A DNA stretch of 64,000 nt from Octopus vulgaris (Eukaryota): assembly GCA_951406725.2 (NCBI GenBank), contig OX597820.1:65162001-65226000 (forward strand), given 5' to 3'. Below the pieces are notes generated by a model. It saw only the letters and a program-made list of their open reading frames with translations. It had not been told where the DNA came from and did no database searches. This document shows positions 1 through 15,400 of this stretch, piece by piece (position 1 is the stretch's first letter; each line of letters begins with the position of its first letter). The translations under genes were made by a program, and so were the position numbers.

Positions 1-45
1 ACCAGCATCACTATCACCACCACTACCACCACCAACATCATCCTC

Positions 46-76
<31 letters not shown>

Positions 77-200
77 ACATTATCATCATCATCATCATGA
101 CACTTCAACAGCATCAACAACAATAATTGCAACAACCACTGCAATCGGCAACCAACAATAGGCCATGATGTGAAGAGGCCAAAGACAAAAATTAATAAAG

Positions 201-265
201 TAGTAGTAGTAGTAGTCTTGGTGGTGGTGGTGGTGGTGGTGGTGGTGGTAGTGGTAGTAGTAGTG

Positions 266-325
<60 letters not shown>
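201..325. repeat. (TAG)n/(TGG)n trinucleotide microsatellite
   Basis: Direct tandem TAG/TGG runs; source of the poly-Y/H ORF 95..520. Confidence 0.95.
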
Positions 326-326
<1 letters not shown>

Positions 327-861
327 AAAACGAGAAATAAAAATGAACTATAAAATTTCAAAATAATGCTAAAAAACATCAAGAAATATGAAACAAAACG
401 AAAGAAACTTGCAAAAATCTTCAATTTCATTCGACAAAATTCGAATAAAAGTTTCGAAATAAAACCGAAATAACATTTATTGAGGACTGTATTGAAATTT
501 TGTCGAAGAACATTTATCAAATAGGATTTTGATTATTCAGAATTTAAATAAGTGTAAAAGTAGAAGATAAACTCAGAAATAAATATATAAAATATAAATC
601 AAAATTTAAAAAATTAATATATAGAAAATTTTAGAAAAATATACATAGGAAGAAGACGGAAAATTATAGGAAAATTTTCGAATGAGAGAATATTAAAATA
701 CTGAAGAAAATCTTGATAAAATGGCTGTTATTTAATATGAGACTAATTGCAGAATAGCGATGTATTTCATGATAGCTGTATCAGTAGAAGAGCAAAAAGA
801 ACATACGCACATATACACATACAGCCAAACAAGAAATGCACACATACTGAAAACACATTCA

Positions 862-1190
<329 letters not shown>

Positions 1191-1788
1191 CACACATGTA
1201 TGCACCAATTCAGGCATACGTTGATTACATATATATTAAACATAATATGTAATAGACACACATATGTATACACCAAATAATATACACATGGACATATATA
1301 AAGAAATATACGCAGATACTACATGTCCAAATATGTGTGTGTGTGTGTATGCACGTATGTGTGTTTGTGCGTATATGTGCATGTGTAAAAAATTGCGTGC
1401 ATGCTAGAGTGCTCCTGTAAGAATTGCGTGCATGCTAGAGAGCCAGCTACGTGCATGTTTTCAGCGATATGCTATATGTCTTCTGTACGGCTTGCTCGTG
1501 CTCTTTGCCACAGATTTCGTTTTAATTTTTGGTTCCAGTTCCAATTTCAATATTAATTTTATAAATGCGGTTTTTGGTGATTGGGTGAAGCGATATATCA
1601 TCTGGCGTCAAATTTGTTTCTTTAAATCAATCTTCTCTAACTCTCTCTCTCTCTCCCTCCCTCTCTCCCGCTCTCTCTTTCAATATCTCTGTTTGTCTGT
1701 CTGTGCGTCTCTAGTTCTCTCTATTTCTTGTTTTTCTATCTGACGGTCGTAATACGTGCGGTGTATTGGTTATGTACACTTCCATAGG

Positions 1789-1834
<46 letters not shown>

Positions 1835-1943
1835 CCTTCCTACATTTATATATAGATATACCTTTATTCTTTTATACTTATACACGTTTCACTCATTTGA
1901 CTGCGACCATGCTAGCGCATCGCCTCAAAGGCTAGTTATATAC

Positions 1944-1974
<31 letters not shown>

Positions 1975-2490
1975 TAGTCGAGTCGTGTCGTTACATTCGT
2001 AACGCGGAGTAGACGAAACAGGGACAACTGAAGAAGGTGAATATTCCTTGTGTTGTATGTCTTGTACTCTGTTTTTTCGTTGTTTGAAAAAAGTTCGTTT
2101 CCATGTTTTTGTTTTTATGTTTCCGTTTTTCATTGTGTTCAACGTTGTCTTTTATGTTATGTACCCATATATGCATGTATATATGCATATAGATGTTGGT
2201 ATGTACATATATGTATATATGCGTATATTTATATATTATTTATGTTATTATAAGATCGAACGCCACGCATCCTTTTCCAAGTAAGTTTTATCTTAATAAT
2301 ATAAATAATATATATATGCATATATACATTCGTGTATGTACATACTTACATGTATACGAATATACATATGCATATGTGGGCACACAACGTCACAAAACGT
2401 AAATAACCAAAAATACGAAGTACGAGGATATGGAAAATGAACTTTTTTGCGAACAATGAAAGAAACAAATGGAAAACAAGATAAATTAAG

Positions 2491-2550
<60 letters not shown>

Positions 2551-3222
2551 CTTCATCCGTTGTCTAATCCGTATTTCGAGCATTTCACGACAAGATACGC
2601 AGTCGATAAACCATTTGCTCCCGCAATGCAAATTAAATAGAATTTGGAATTTTGCGGCCGGCCAAAATTGGGGAAAAAAAACATGACAGTGAAAACAAAG
2701 TGGAGGGGCTGCTAAGCCTAAACGAGGTTGTGGTGGCGAACGCGAAGAAACAAGCTTGGACAGGAGACAGATAAGAATGCGTCTTCTTTGTCCAGCTGCA
2801 ACAGAAAGAAAGAAAGAAACAAACAACCAAACAAACAAGTTAGGAGAAGAAAGAAAAGTGGCCGATGGTTTTGTGGAAGCCACGTTTAGCAAAAGTGGAA
2901 GAGTGAGAGAGAGAGAGAGAGAGAGTGACAGACAGAGAACTGTGAAGGGAAGAGGAAAAGTTTTGGAGATAGGATAAGAGAGAAAATACAAGAGGGGGAG
3001 AAGAGCAAGTAAATATTACATATATTACGATTAAAGAGGATGTAAATATCTATTACGATAAATGTAAACAAAGTAATGCTTATTTTAGAAGCGTTGAAAT
3101 GTGCTTTGTGAAATGCGTGTGTATATATGTGTGTATGTATGTGTGTTGGTGTGTGTGTGAGTTTCTGTGTGCGTGTGTGTTGGTTTTTGTGTGAGTGTGT
3201 TTGTGTGTGTGCGTGTGCGTGT

Positions 3223-3283
<61 letters not shown>

Positions 3284-3305
3284 TGTGTGTGTGTGTTTGT
3301 GTGTT

Positions 3306-3430
3306 GGATGGGATGCTTTCTGCTGACATCTACCAAATCCGCCCACAAGGCTTTGGTCGGTCCGGGATGATTGTGTCCAATATGTCACTTAGTGGGACTG
3401 AACCCAAACTATCAGGATGGGCAACAAACG
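3306..3430 (-). mobile_element. SINE family A, degraded 5' portion
   Basis: ctaccaaatcc..cacaaggctttggtcgg..gggactgaaccc is the reverse complement of the head of the full copies at 4769 and 50293. Confidence 0.7.
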
Positions 3431-4768
3431 CAGTCAAGCTTGTATATATAAATATATACACTCATATACAGACAAACACACACACACACACAAGTGCTAA
3501 CAAGTAATGTGTAAAGTAGCAGACTGGAATCTCATATACCGATTAAACCACACACAGCTCAACTTTCTTTTATTTTTTAGGGTCAACATATAATGAACCA
3601 CTCATGTATTGAAGTCAGTATAATTGACCGAAACTCAAGACTTTTTGGCTTTGTGCATATATAAGAAATCAGCATTATCAGCATTATCATCTTCATCATT
3701 GTCATCGACATCATGATCACCGTCGTTATCATTAGCGCCCTTGACGCCGTTATTACCATAATAGTAATGATCCGTTCTGCTATAGGCACAGGGCGGAAAA
3801 TTCCGGGGGATGAACTAGTCAATAACATCAACCCAGTACTTGACTAGTAACATACTTTATCAAACCCGAGGTGATGAAATAGAAAGTCGTCAGCGTCGGT
3901 GGAATTTGTACTCTGTCAGTACTATGACAATAATAATAACTAGCAGTACCCATTGAAATTCCACAGTGGATAAGATATGTTTAAAATGGCTGAGAGTTTA
4001 TACAAAACCATAGAAATTAGTGTTTTTTCCTTCTTGAAATTGGATATTCTGCATTAATTTCATAAAGATAATTCTTTCTGTCCTTTTAGATAAGGATGTA
4101 ATTGAGGGAGTATGACATACCCATTTTCTAAGAATTTCAGTGGTCTATGTTATAAATGGAACGGCTTCACAATGATTACAGAGAATATTCATGTCACCAA
4201 TGTTGAACTTTTAACTATATGTTTACAATTTTTATGACATTCTCTCTCATATTCTTTAACTCGTTCTCTTATCTGTTACAAATAGTCACTGTATTCTCTT
4301 TGCTTCATATTTTCCCTTCTATGCTGCTGTTCCCGTGTTTGTTCAAGTGATTCGATCCTCTGCTTATCTTTATGTCGTTGTATATATCGTCTCATCCCTT
4401 CTCTTGTTAGCTTAGTTCCGTTTGTCATCCATATTTTATAACCAAATTTCAGTTTCCAAGCAAGCAGACGATAAATAGATACACATAACCGCATGTGTTG
4501 CGGTGCTCCTGCATGGCCGCATTCAAATAACTGAAGCAAGTAAAATAATAAAAGAATATTATACATGTATATCTGCTAAACGAAATACAGTGTCTCTACT
4601 AGCAATTAATATGTACGAGCAAGTTACCAGAAATGTATTTAATATATAAAATGTTCTATCCAATACTGGCAAACCGCTAAATTTAGTGCCAGTTTAAGCA
4701 ATGTGTTTGTGAGCAGTTAAAGAGTTGGATGTGGTGCTGAAGAAGGAGCAATAACTATGAAATATAGA

Positions 4769-5157
4769 GGCGCAGGAGTGGCTGTGTGGTGAGTAGCTTG
4801 CTTACTAACCAAATCGTTCCGGGTTCAGTCCCGTTGCGTGGCATCTAGGGCGGGTGTCTTCTACTGTGGCCCCGGAACGACCGGGGCCTTGTGAGTGGAT
4901 TTGGTGAACGGAAGCTGAAAGAAGCCCGTTGTATATATTTATATGTATATATATGTGTGTGTGTTTGTGTTTGTCCCCACAACATCGCTTGACAACCGAT
5001 GCTGGTGTTTACTTCCCCGTTAGCGGTTCGGTAAAAGAGATCGACAGAATAAGTACTAGGCTGACAAAGAATAATTCCTCGGGTAGATTTGTTCGAGTAA
5101 AGGCGGTGCTCCAGCATGGCCACAGTTAAATGACTGAAACAAGTAAAAGAGTAAAGA

Positions 5158-5159
<2 letters not shown>
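4769..5159 (+). mobile_element. tRNA-derived SINE family A, full length (internal TA/TG microsatellite)
   Basis: A-box-like TGGCTGTGTGG, B-box-like GGTTCAGTCCC, central (TA)(TG) tract, and tail ggcggtgctccagcatggcc..gactgaaacaagtaaaagag. Closely matching copies lie at 17010, 35972, 38708, 50293 and 55777. Confidence 0.9.
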
Positions 5160-5222
<63 letters not shown>

Positions 5223-6016
5223 TTGCCTATGATTCTGTCTTCGATTGCATTATTTACATAGACGGATTGTATACAATACGTTGTAACATTCAGTGATGGC
5301 TCTAAATTCTAACCTGTGTAGAAAATCTGAAGAGATAACTTAAAATTGATTGAATCACACTGCTAACACAGGCAAGTAGTGTACAATATTGACTCATAAA
5401 CCTTTAATATACTCGGTAGTACATTATTACTGCGAAACGAAATATGGTCTCCCTACCAGCAAATAATAAAAAAACTTTAGTTAAATAAAAAAATAATCTA
5501 CATTTTTCCCTGTCCACTTACCACCACCACCTCCAACACTACCATCATTATCACCTCAACTTCCACCACAATTACCACCATCATCCCCACCACCACAAAA
5601 ACTAACATCGCAGCCACCAGCACTATGGTTTGCAGCAACAAATCTGTCCAAGTTGTTTGCCAACCAAGAATATTTTCAGTTCATTTCGGTTCAGTTGTTT
5701 GTTTCTATCTACTTTTCTTGCTGTCGATGTATCTATGTACTCTGACAATACAAAGTTCGAATAAGATATTAAAAACAAAAAATATTAACATCCACTGCTA
5801 TTTTGCTAAGATATTTCACTTCCATTGAAAGATCTATTTTCTATCTATGATAAGTTTACTATTATATCTAATATAATCCTTCTTTCTTTCGTCCAGCCAT
5901 CGACGTATTTGTCAATGTGGAAAAATAGATAAATAGACCGAAAAATAGAAAATTATAAAAAATTGAATATTAAAATGTTATTTTCCTGCCAGCCACTATA
6001 AATATTGTATATACAC

Positions 6017-6232
6017 GGATGGTGAGCTCACATAGTCGTTAACACGCGAGGCAATATCCTGAGCGGCATTTCATCAGTCTTTACGTTCTGAGTTCAAATT
6101 CTGCCAAGGTCGGCTTTGCCTTTCATCCTTTCGGGAGCGATAAAATACATTCCAGTTGATACTGGTACTTCTGTAATTGACTTACCTCTTTCCTCGAAAT
6201 TGCTGGCCTAGTAACGAAAATTTGAAACTAAT
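6017..6232 (+). mobile_element. SINE family B (short-tail variant)
   Basis: cgttctgagttcaaattctgcc..ggctttgcctttcatcctttcggg core is shared with 24550 and 43250. Confidence 0.8.
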
Positions 6233-6659
6233 CTATGCGTATACAACCACGCATATATTGTGCATAGCTTAGGAGACGTTGAAACAATTCAGTAATGTCT
6301 TTAAATCAAGAACAGAAATATATCAAGTTTAATGATGCACGAACATAGCAGTTCTAGATGCACTATGTGTGAGTAAAAGTTGGAACAGTCACAGCTGTAG
6401 CGTCTTTGATCATAAGATTACCTGACTAAGTCTTGTCTTGGAATAAGCAATGAAACCACACACATACATTTTATGTAAAAAGGGTCGCTGAATAAATTAG
6501 GGAATAAAAGAATGGAGGAAGTGAACCAATACAAAACTAGTGACCGGTTAAGGAATAACGTTACAGCTGCGGAAATGTTACCGATCAGTAAAATTAGGAA
6601 AACTAAAGTGTTTGCAAGTCCTATAAGCTTTTATGCATACATGAAAGAGCTTTTCATTT

Positions 6660-7400
6660 TTTTTTTCTTTCCCATAGTAATTTTTGTTGAATGGATTATC
6701 TTTGATGAGTAGGATTTGCAAACCTTTGTTTCTTCCACAGTTTACGGTTTCCTGTGTAAAGATCTTTCCCTGAATAAGATTTTCTATTGGAAGTTTTGAT
6801 TATAGATTCCGGATCAGACTAGCAATAGAAGTTTGATCTCATTCATTGTCATGCCTAAAAGACTGTGTAAATTGTACCTTAGTAACTTTAATATGAAACA
6901 CGTACAGGTCATGTCCATGTAGGTTTTAAAGAGGTACTGGTGTTGACAACATACTTAGGTAAGCAGTTGTTAAGAGTTGTTACCGAACAGACAGTTGTTA
7001 GTGACTGTGAAATTTGGTAGACGAGAGTTTATTAGTTTGACTAAGATGGTAGAGATTTGATGTAGCTGAATTTTTGTTAAAAGTAGAAAAATCTTTAATG
7101 TTATTTTTGTTCAATATTCTCTAATAGTCATGTTCTAGGGGAAATAGTTTTTACCTATTAGACTAGCTATATTAATATTCCATTGAGATGTGAAACACAT
7201 GTCTCATTTTATGCTAATATCTCTGTGTGTATGTGATCTTTATGTGGGCTTTATGTAAGACTTATTTTCTTTATAACCACTTTAATGCTGAACGTATACT
7301 CTAAAACAGTAATACTGCTTCAAGTGTCTAGTATTTCTTTAGAGGTTCTTAATTGTCCTTAAAGTAAATAGCGAGAATTGAATCAATGGTAACCTAGTAG
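6660..7400 (-). pseudogene. Decayed Naiad-type Penelope-like element (thumb/linker to GIY-YIG remnants)
   Basis: Minus-strand fragments across frameshifts read SGYKENKSYIKP, NIASLIGKNYFP, RILNKNNIK, KTYMDMT..LRYNLH and QSFRHDNE*DQTSIASLIRNL. Their order and spacing match Naiad-type PLE motifs (ALKNSGY; IGKKF..FP; YIGMT; SFRH..T.LS). Confidence 0.55.
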
Positions 7401-7516
7401 GGTCTAACATTTTAAAATAAAAGTATTTATACACAGCATTCTAAAATTTGAGTTTTTTCTTGTATAATTATTTGTTTTTTCTTTGTTTATGCGTTAAAAA
7501 TATCTTGCACATGCAT

Positions 7517-7560
<44 letters not shown>

Positions 7561-7746
7561 ACGTGTGTGTGTATGCGTGTGCCTGCGCGTGTGTCTGTGT
7601 GTCTGTGTGTGTGTGTGTGTGTTGATGCATATTTAGGCAGATCCAAATTAAGGGATCGCTTCATCGGTCTGAATAAACAAATTGCACTCTACGTTTTTGT
7701 ATCCTATATTTTTTACTTCTGATACTGTTTGTTACTACCAATGGAC

Positions 7747-7793
<47 letters not shown>

Positions 7794-8289
7794 ATATATA
7801 TATACACACACATTTATATAAACAAATATATATAAACAGAGATAAGACTTTCCCTTTTATTTGGAAAAGCGGGGTCAGATCTTCGAGGTTCCATCGTAAG
7901 TGCTCCTTAAGTGTATCAACTTTAAGGGGAAACGTCGTGGAATCTGTTTTATAAATTGCTCGTAAAACAGTGTGATAAATAAACAGCAACGCTACCTTAT
8001 CTGAAGACTATAAAATATTTATCAACTATAACCATCAACCAAAGTGTTGACACTTGATAGAACAGCGAATTACTTTTCTCTTCTCATTTCAATCACCCAA
8101 CCCCGACTGTGTATTTTATTTCCTTTCCTTTATTCGCTCGTCATTTGATAATTTTTGTTTTCTATTTTACGTACCCTTCTCATTTTTCAATGTGAGTGCA
8201 GCATTTATTCTTTCTGTTGTTTAACACCAGGTTAGTTAGCCCTGATGGAGCAGACATATCATCAGAGACGTTACACACTTGTCTATGAC

Positions 8290-8905
8290 GTCTTGTTTTC
8301 GAGGATTGTATATTCAGGAGCGTATCATACAATGTGTCCGTATATTTTTCAAAGCAGTAGAGTGCAAGTTGAGAAATATACAATTATTATGAGGAAAATC
8401 TTATTTCTAAGCAGATTGGATTACTGCTTTGTTTGCAAACTCAACCGGTCTCATAGAAGAAATTGGAGGTTTGCCAAGAACCTTCACCATAAAGCAATTC
8501 TGTTTGAAAGTCTTAATTATAAGGAACGTCTGAAATTACAGAAAACGTCTGCGTTTGTATTCTCTTGAACTCTGAATAGAGGGTGTACTATCATAAGCGA
8601 TGGAAAACCCTGGAGGGATATTTCCAAACTTCGGTACTAGAGAGAATTTCAATGCACGAAATTGTTGGCATTTTCAGCTTCCAAATATACCGCCATAGAA
8701 ATTACGAGCAAAATCACTTTGTTGTATCAGTCTGGTATTTAAAGGTCCTCAATAGTGTAACAGCCTAAATAAATCATAAATATTAAAGGACCTCCGCTGA
8801 AAGATTTAAAATAAAACGGCTGCATAAAAACCTAACGACGATACCGAATCAGCCAACCACTAAACGGTACGCTCAGAGATAATCGACCCGAGTCAATAAT
8901 AGAAA
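8290..8905 (+). pseudogene. Old CR1-clade LINE, RT C-terminal region
   Basis: Fragments ILFLSRLDYC, SLNYKERLKL, SLVFKGPQ*CNSL and IPNQPT parallel the intact copy at 19707 ([29 protein letters not shown]). Confidence 0.7.
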
Positions 8906-9503
8906 TCTCGGGTCAAGTGTGCTGTGCAGTTGACCTAAACCTGAAACCCAGCTGGTTGCAAAGTGAATTTCTTAACCATACACCCACTCTTGTGTCAGCA
9001 TAAGTACTATGTATTACAAATTTTTGAAAAGACAAGAATAAAAATGCACCGATATGGTACATCAAAAACTCAAACATCCTAAATATTTGTGTGCTTTCAG
9101 ACTCGTAAATAATGCTTGTAAATTGATTCCATCATTGGATAATATCAGCCTCCGACTAGAGAAGAATTTCACATTTGAAGTGTTGGCAGAACGGATTTTA
9201 AAGATGGAAAAATTTCATTCTGTCAACACCTCAAATGTAAAATTCTTCCCTCAAAACGGAGGCTGGTATTATTCGATGATGGAATCAATTTACAATCATT
9301 ATTTTGGATCACAAGCCCCCAGAAACAGCTGTTGGACTTGTAAAACTGTTATTCAAACACATTAACTCCTGATATCATTTCTATTCTGTGTAAGTCGCAA
9401 CTTTATATAAGTAAACGTATGTAATTTCTTATATTTTGTATTAACGGTATTTAATGATTTTGTATATCGACTTGCCTAAATTGTTTGTCTTTACGTTTAC
9501 TCC

Positions 9504-10055
<552 letters not shown>

Positions 10056-10417
10056 GATAAGTAAAAGGGATTACTAAATCCAAGTAGATATTTATAAATC
10101 ACTCAGAATTAAGCGAATTTCATTATCTATATCCAACAATGGGATACTAATAAATGCAAGTAGAATAGACATACACGGTAATCCTTTATATGTATATGCA
10201 TGGATGGATGGATGGATGGATGGATGGATGGATGGATGGATGAATGAATGGATAGATGGATTGATGGATGGATGTATCGATGTGTTTGTGTATGTATGTA
10301 TGTATATGTGTATGTATGCATATCTGCTTTCCAGCTACACACGTAGGTGGGTTGTTTTATGTTCATCGTTATGTATACATACATATTTACTTATATGCAT
10401 ACATGCTTACACACATA

Positions 10418-10510
<93 letters not shown>

Positions 10511-10809
10511 CCATACATATACATACATACACTGATGTGCAGGGTGTGTATATTTATATTATATCAGTGTTGGAATCCGACTCTGCATGTGTGTATAAAA
10601 GACATTCCGAGGTATATAAGGAAAATAAACAGTAAACACACAAGCAGAATTATCTCATCTATGAAAGTATTTGTATAATTTTACGTACGTCTGTTTTCAG
10701 TTATGTATGTACGTATATTCATATATGCAAATATCTATCTAATTATCTATCCTTTTCTCATTCCACTTCTCTTTCTCTCACTCTCCCTCCACGTATACAC
10801 ACACACACA

Positions 10810-10850
<41 letters not shown>

Positions 10851-10899
10851 GTATAAGAGAGAAAGAGAGACAGATAAACGACACGATATATATCTTTAA

Positions 10900-10954
10900 G
10901 TGCTACTGAAATTTTCATAAGTTGAGAAATATCTCAGACATATTCATCAGGCAC
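10900..10954 (-). ncRNA. Type I hammerhead ribozyme motif (one mismatch in stem III)
   Basis: Minus strand reads GTGC CTGATGA ATATGTCTGAGATATTTCTCAACTTAT GAAA ATTTCA GTA GCAC. Stem I is GTGC/GCAC and stem II includes TGAGA/TCTCA. Confidence 0.6.
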
Positions 10955-11208
10955 AAACCACATATCATAACGAACGCGGCATATAGAAAACGCAGATGGT
11001 TAGAAAAAAACGGAAAACGAAAACCGTAAATATAAAATCTAAAATGAAGAAGTAAAAAAAAAAGGAACATATGATTTATCCTCCTTCGATTTAAAATTAT
11101 AAGGCTGGGAAAATATCAACAAGTTAATCAGGTATAGGTGTTTTCTATACGCTGCCTTCTCAGTTTTTGGGCTTTTATTCTCTTATTTAGTTTATATATA
11201 TATATACT

Positions 11209-11251
<43 letters not shown>

Positions 11252-11254
<3 letters not shown>

Positions 11255-11533
11255 TAACAATATAGGATGAAGTCCCTTTTTCTACAGAAAAGGATTCCAT
11301 CAAAAAGCGTGGCAGTATATTAAAAAAACCCATTACGGTTGAAGTATAAACATCTTATAATTAAGGGCTAAAGAAGGTTATTCTATAGCCAATACACTGA
11401 TTTATCAACTTATAATCCACTTGTTACAGGAAAGTTGAACTGAAAGCGGGCAACTAACCTTTAGAAAATTTTAATTTCGTTATCTCTATATTGGCTATAG
11501 AATAACCTTCTTTAGCCCTTAATTATAAGATGT
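11252..11533. repeat. Interspersed repeat (family D) with perfect 45-bp inverted repeat
   Basis: 11350-11394 is the exact reverse complement of 11489-11533. 11252-11400 is homologous to the minus strand of 61355-61505 and 61860-62005. Confidence 0.85.
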
Positions 11534-11689
11534 ATATATATATAAATATGATTCATCCGTGGTTAGCGTATTAAGAAGACTCTAATGGTTAATTTATATT
11601 TCAATATAATTACAAAATTATAATATTTTAATATTATAATATTATAATTTAATTTCATAGTTTTATAATTATATATATATAAATCATCA

Positions 11690-11830
11690 TCTATCCTTCC
11701 GAAGAAGAGCATATGCTCGAAGCGTTAAATAGTTCTTATAATTTTCCTGACTCTCAGTCTAATACTCATCTGTTTGTTTTATTTTTGTTCTCGTCTTCGT
11801 GTTGTTTTAATAATTTTTGACATTTATATA
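11690..11830 (+). mobile_element. Degenerate HHR-bearing PLE pseudo-LTR-like unit
   Basis: CCGAAGA-A-GAGC ATAT GCTC-GAAGCGTT followed by ttcctga..taatac and a T-rich tail into TA repeats; same layout as 22750 and 41600. Confidence 0.55.
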
Positions 11831-11908
11831 TGTATAAAAATGTGTTTGCAAGTATGTATATAAATAATGAAGTATGTATATATATAAATATGTATGTATT
11901 TATGTATG

Positions 11909-12013
<105 letters not shown>

Positions 12014-12458
12014 CTATTTATGCGTGGTGTAAACTCCACCACGAACCTACCTCTCCCTCTTTATTGCTCGGCAGTAAATCAATGTTAGAAAGACCTTATT
12101 AATACACCATGTGTTGTGATAAGGCCACATCTCCTACTCCCGTTTTCAGCAATAACTTTTCTCATCATTTAGTCTCATCCGCTATCTTTCTCTCTCTCTC
12201 TCTCTAACTCTCCCTCTTTCACTCCTTAGACATCGTTCTTGTTTAACAGCCTCATCACATGTTTTCCCTGTCGCCTCTCTTTCTCTCACTGCTTTTTATT
12301 TTCCTTGCCACACTTAACTTTTCGCTCTGTCACTCTTTCTCTCTCATATTTTAATAGCCTTACTTTTTCTTTTTCCCTCCTCTCACGTAATCTTCACTTG
12401 CTCCTTCTATCTCTCTTCCATTAACATTCAAGCTCTCTTTCTTTTCGCCTCTCGTTGC

Positions 12459-12533
<75 letters not shown>

Positions 12534-12879
12534 ACTCTTGCTTTTCATTTGCTGTTTCCCTCTCTCTCTCTCTCCAACTTTCGGACCATCTTCCTTCTCG
12601 CTTTTCTCACTAACTCCCATTCTGTCTTTCTTCTCGTCTCTCTACCTCTATCTCTTTTCTCTCCCCACCCCTTAATTCTGTTTCTCTTTCCCTCTCTCAC
12701 TCTCTACTTGACTTTATATATTCTTTCTCTCTCTTCTGTCTGTCTGACTCTCTCTCTCTCTCTTTCTCTCTCTCTCTGCTAGTTTTCAGATAGTCTTCCT
12801 CTTTTGCTCTCTCTCTCTCATTCATACACCCTAACTTTCGCTCATTCTTTCATCTCAACCCCCTGTCAATTTCTTTCCC

Positions 12880-12923
<44 letters not shown>

Positions 12924-12996
12924 CTCTTATTGTCTTCACTTGCTCTCTATCGCTTACTGAATTTCCTTGTCTTTCTTCTCGACTCCCCGATTCCAA

Positions 12997-13050
<54 letters not shown>

Positions 13051-13298
13051 CTCTGTCTTTTTCTTTTTTACTCTCTCCTTCCCTGAGACAATACTAATAT
13101 CACTCGTGTAACTTTGATTCTTTAAATACCAACCAACGTTGATTCTGAATAAATAAACTTTAGAATTACCAAATGTTTTAGTTTCTTCAAGCATGTGATA
13201 TAAACACACTCAGTCACACCTATGTACCACGTGCACATACAAACACATTCACATACGTGCTTGTGCACACATCTAAATGCACGTATGTATACATACAC

Positions 13299-13330
<32 letters not shown>

Positions 13331-13372
13331 CCATATGTTGTCCATATATATCTATATATCTATTTATTTAAC

Positions 13373-13428
<56 letters not shown>

Positions 13429-13430
13429 CG

Positions 13431-13490
<60 letters not shown>

Positions 13491-13881
13491 CATAAATATT
13501 TAGATACAGACATATATATCACACAGCTTAGGAGCATGTGGTAAATGTGAAAACATAAATATGTGCACACAATGTGAATGTGTGAGTGTATACATAAATG
13601 AATGCATATATATGTGTGTATATATGTATACATATATATATGTATATAAGTATGTATTTATATATATATACATATATGTACATGTGTATATCTATCTATA
13701 TATATCTATATATCTATATATACTTATATACATACATTTTTGTATGAACATTCACACAAACTATGTATATGTATATATAAGTATTTATGTATGAATATAT
13801 GGAAGTATATATATATATGAAAGTATATGAGTATATACAAAGATATGCATATGTATGTATATATGTATGTATATATGTATG

Positions 13882-13912
<31 letters not shown>

Positions 13913-14429
13913 TTACACACGCCTACCGCACACTCAAAAGTACAGCTACACATATTTACTCGCAGAGAAGCAAGCAAACACATACCAATATACATACAGT
14001 AGCGGAATGCTAATACTGTTGGTATTTATTTCGTCTCACACAGTTATTTCCCGCTTTCGATTTTTGTGATAACAAACCTAGCACTTCGTACGTTTTTAAT
14101 TCTTCATGATTTGCAACTCTTTGAAATGTCAGAGAGTTTTGTGTTACCATTTTAAATGGCACTACATTAATCTTGTGTTTATTGATTCTTTTTCCCTCTG
14201 CGTTCCTTCTCGACTGGGTGCCATTCCTTGTGTCTTTTACTTCGAAAATTTTCATTGATGTAATACAGTTTCTTTTTATCTACGCCCTCTCTCTCTCACA
14301 GCCACAGTTACACTCAGCCCGCCTCTTTCCCTCCACTCTCTTTCCCTCCTCTCATTTTTTTCTTCTCACATATTCTCGTACATTCAGATACAGTCTGTCA
14401 TCTTGATACCTAAATATACAAATATACAT

Positions 14430-14477
<48 letters not shown>

Positions 14478-14871
14478 GCAAAATTCTTTTTCATATCTTT
14501 ATCAAAGTGGAGCTTACGTAAGTACAACTATATATATAACTGAAATACTGCAAGCCCTAATTCTTGCCATCTGTCACACACTATCAAATTCATTTATATA
14601 TCAAAAATTGCTCAGTTATAACGAAATAGAAATTACTCATGCCTTACTAATCTAGCTGATTGTTTCAGAGAAGTCTCTGACGTTTACCGTGTGGATTTCC
14701 TATATGTAACAGTTTAGTGTCCCAAATGTTTCTATCAACACTGATACTGCAAATACATTGTGGAGTATTGTCTTGTAAGAAGAGTAATCTGGTAGTCATA
14801 TTTTCTGAGTCTAATGTAATATTCTCTGGTCTCTGTATCATTATTCACACCACTTTCATATGATATATTTT

Positions 14872-15400
14872 CTTATTTCTTTACTGTCCACAGGGGAGCT
14901 ACACACAGCGGGGACAAACAAGGACAGACAAACGGATTAAGTCGATTATATCGACCTCAGTGCGTAACTGGTACTTATTTCATCGACCCCGAAAGGATGA
15001 AAGGCAAAGTCAACCTCGGCGGAATGTGAACTCAGAACGTAACAGCAGACAAAATACTTATTTCTTTACTACCCACAAGGGGCTAAACACAGAGAGGACA
15101 AACAAGGACAGACAAACGGATTAAGTTGATTATATCAACCCCACTTAATCCGTTTCTTTGTCCTCTCTGCGTTTAGCCCCTTATGGATAGTAAAGAAATA
15201 GGTATTCCGTCTGGCTACGTTCTGAGTTCAAATTCTGCCAAGGTCGACTTTGTTTTTCTTTTTTTGGGGGTTGATTAAATAAGTACCAGTTACGCACTGG
15301 GGTCCATATAATCGACTTAATATGTTTGTCTGTCCTTGTTCATCTCCTCTGTGTTTAGCCCCTTGTGGGTAGTAAAGAAATAGGTATCGTTTTGAGTTCA
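14872..15400. mobile_element. Fold-back array of SINE family B units (minus-strand units then plus-strand units)
   Basis: Minus-strand units at 14872-15055 and 15057-15143 are mirrored by plus-strand units at 15144-15205 and 15206-15386. The centre reads acaaacggattaagt..acttaatccgtttc. Confidence 0.85.
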
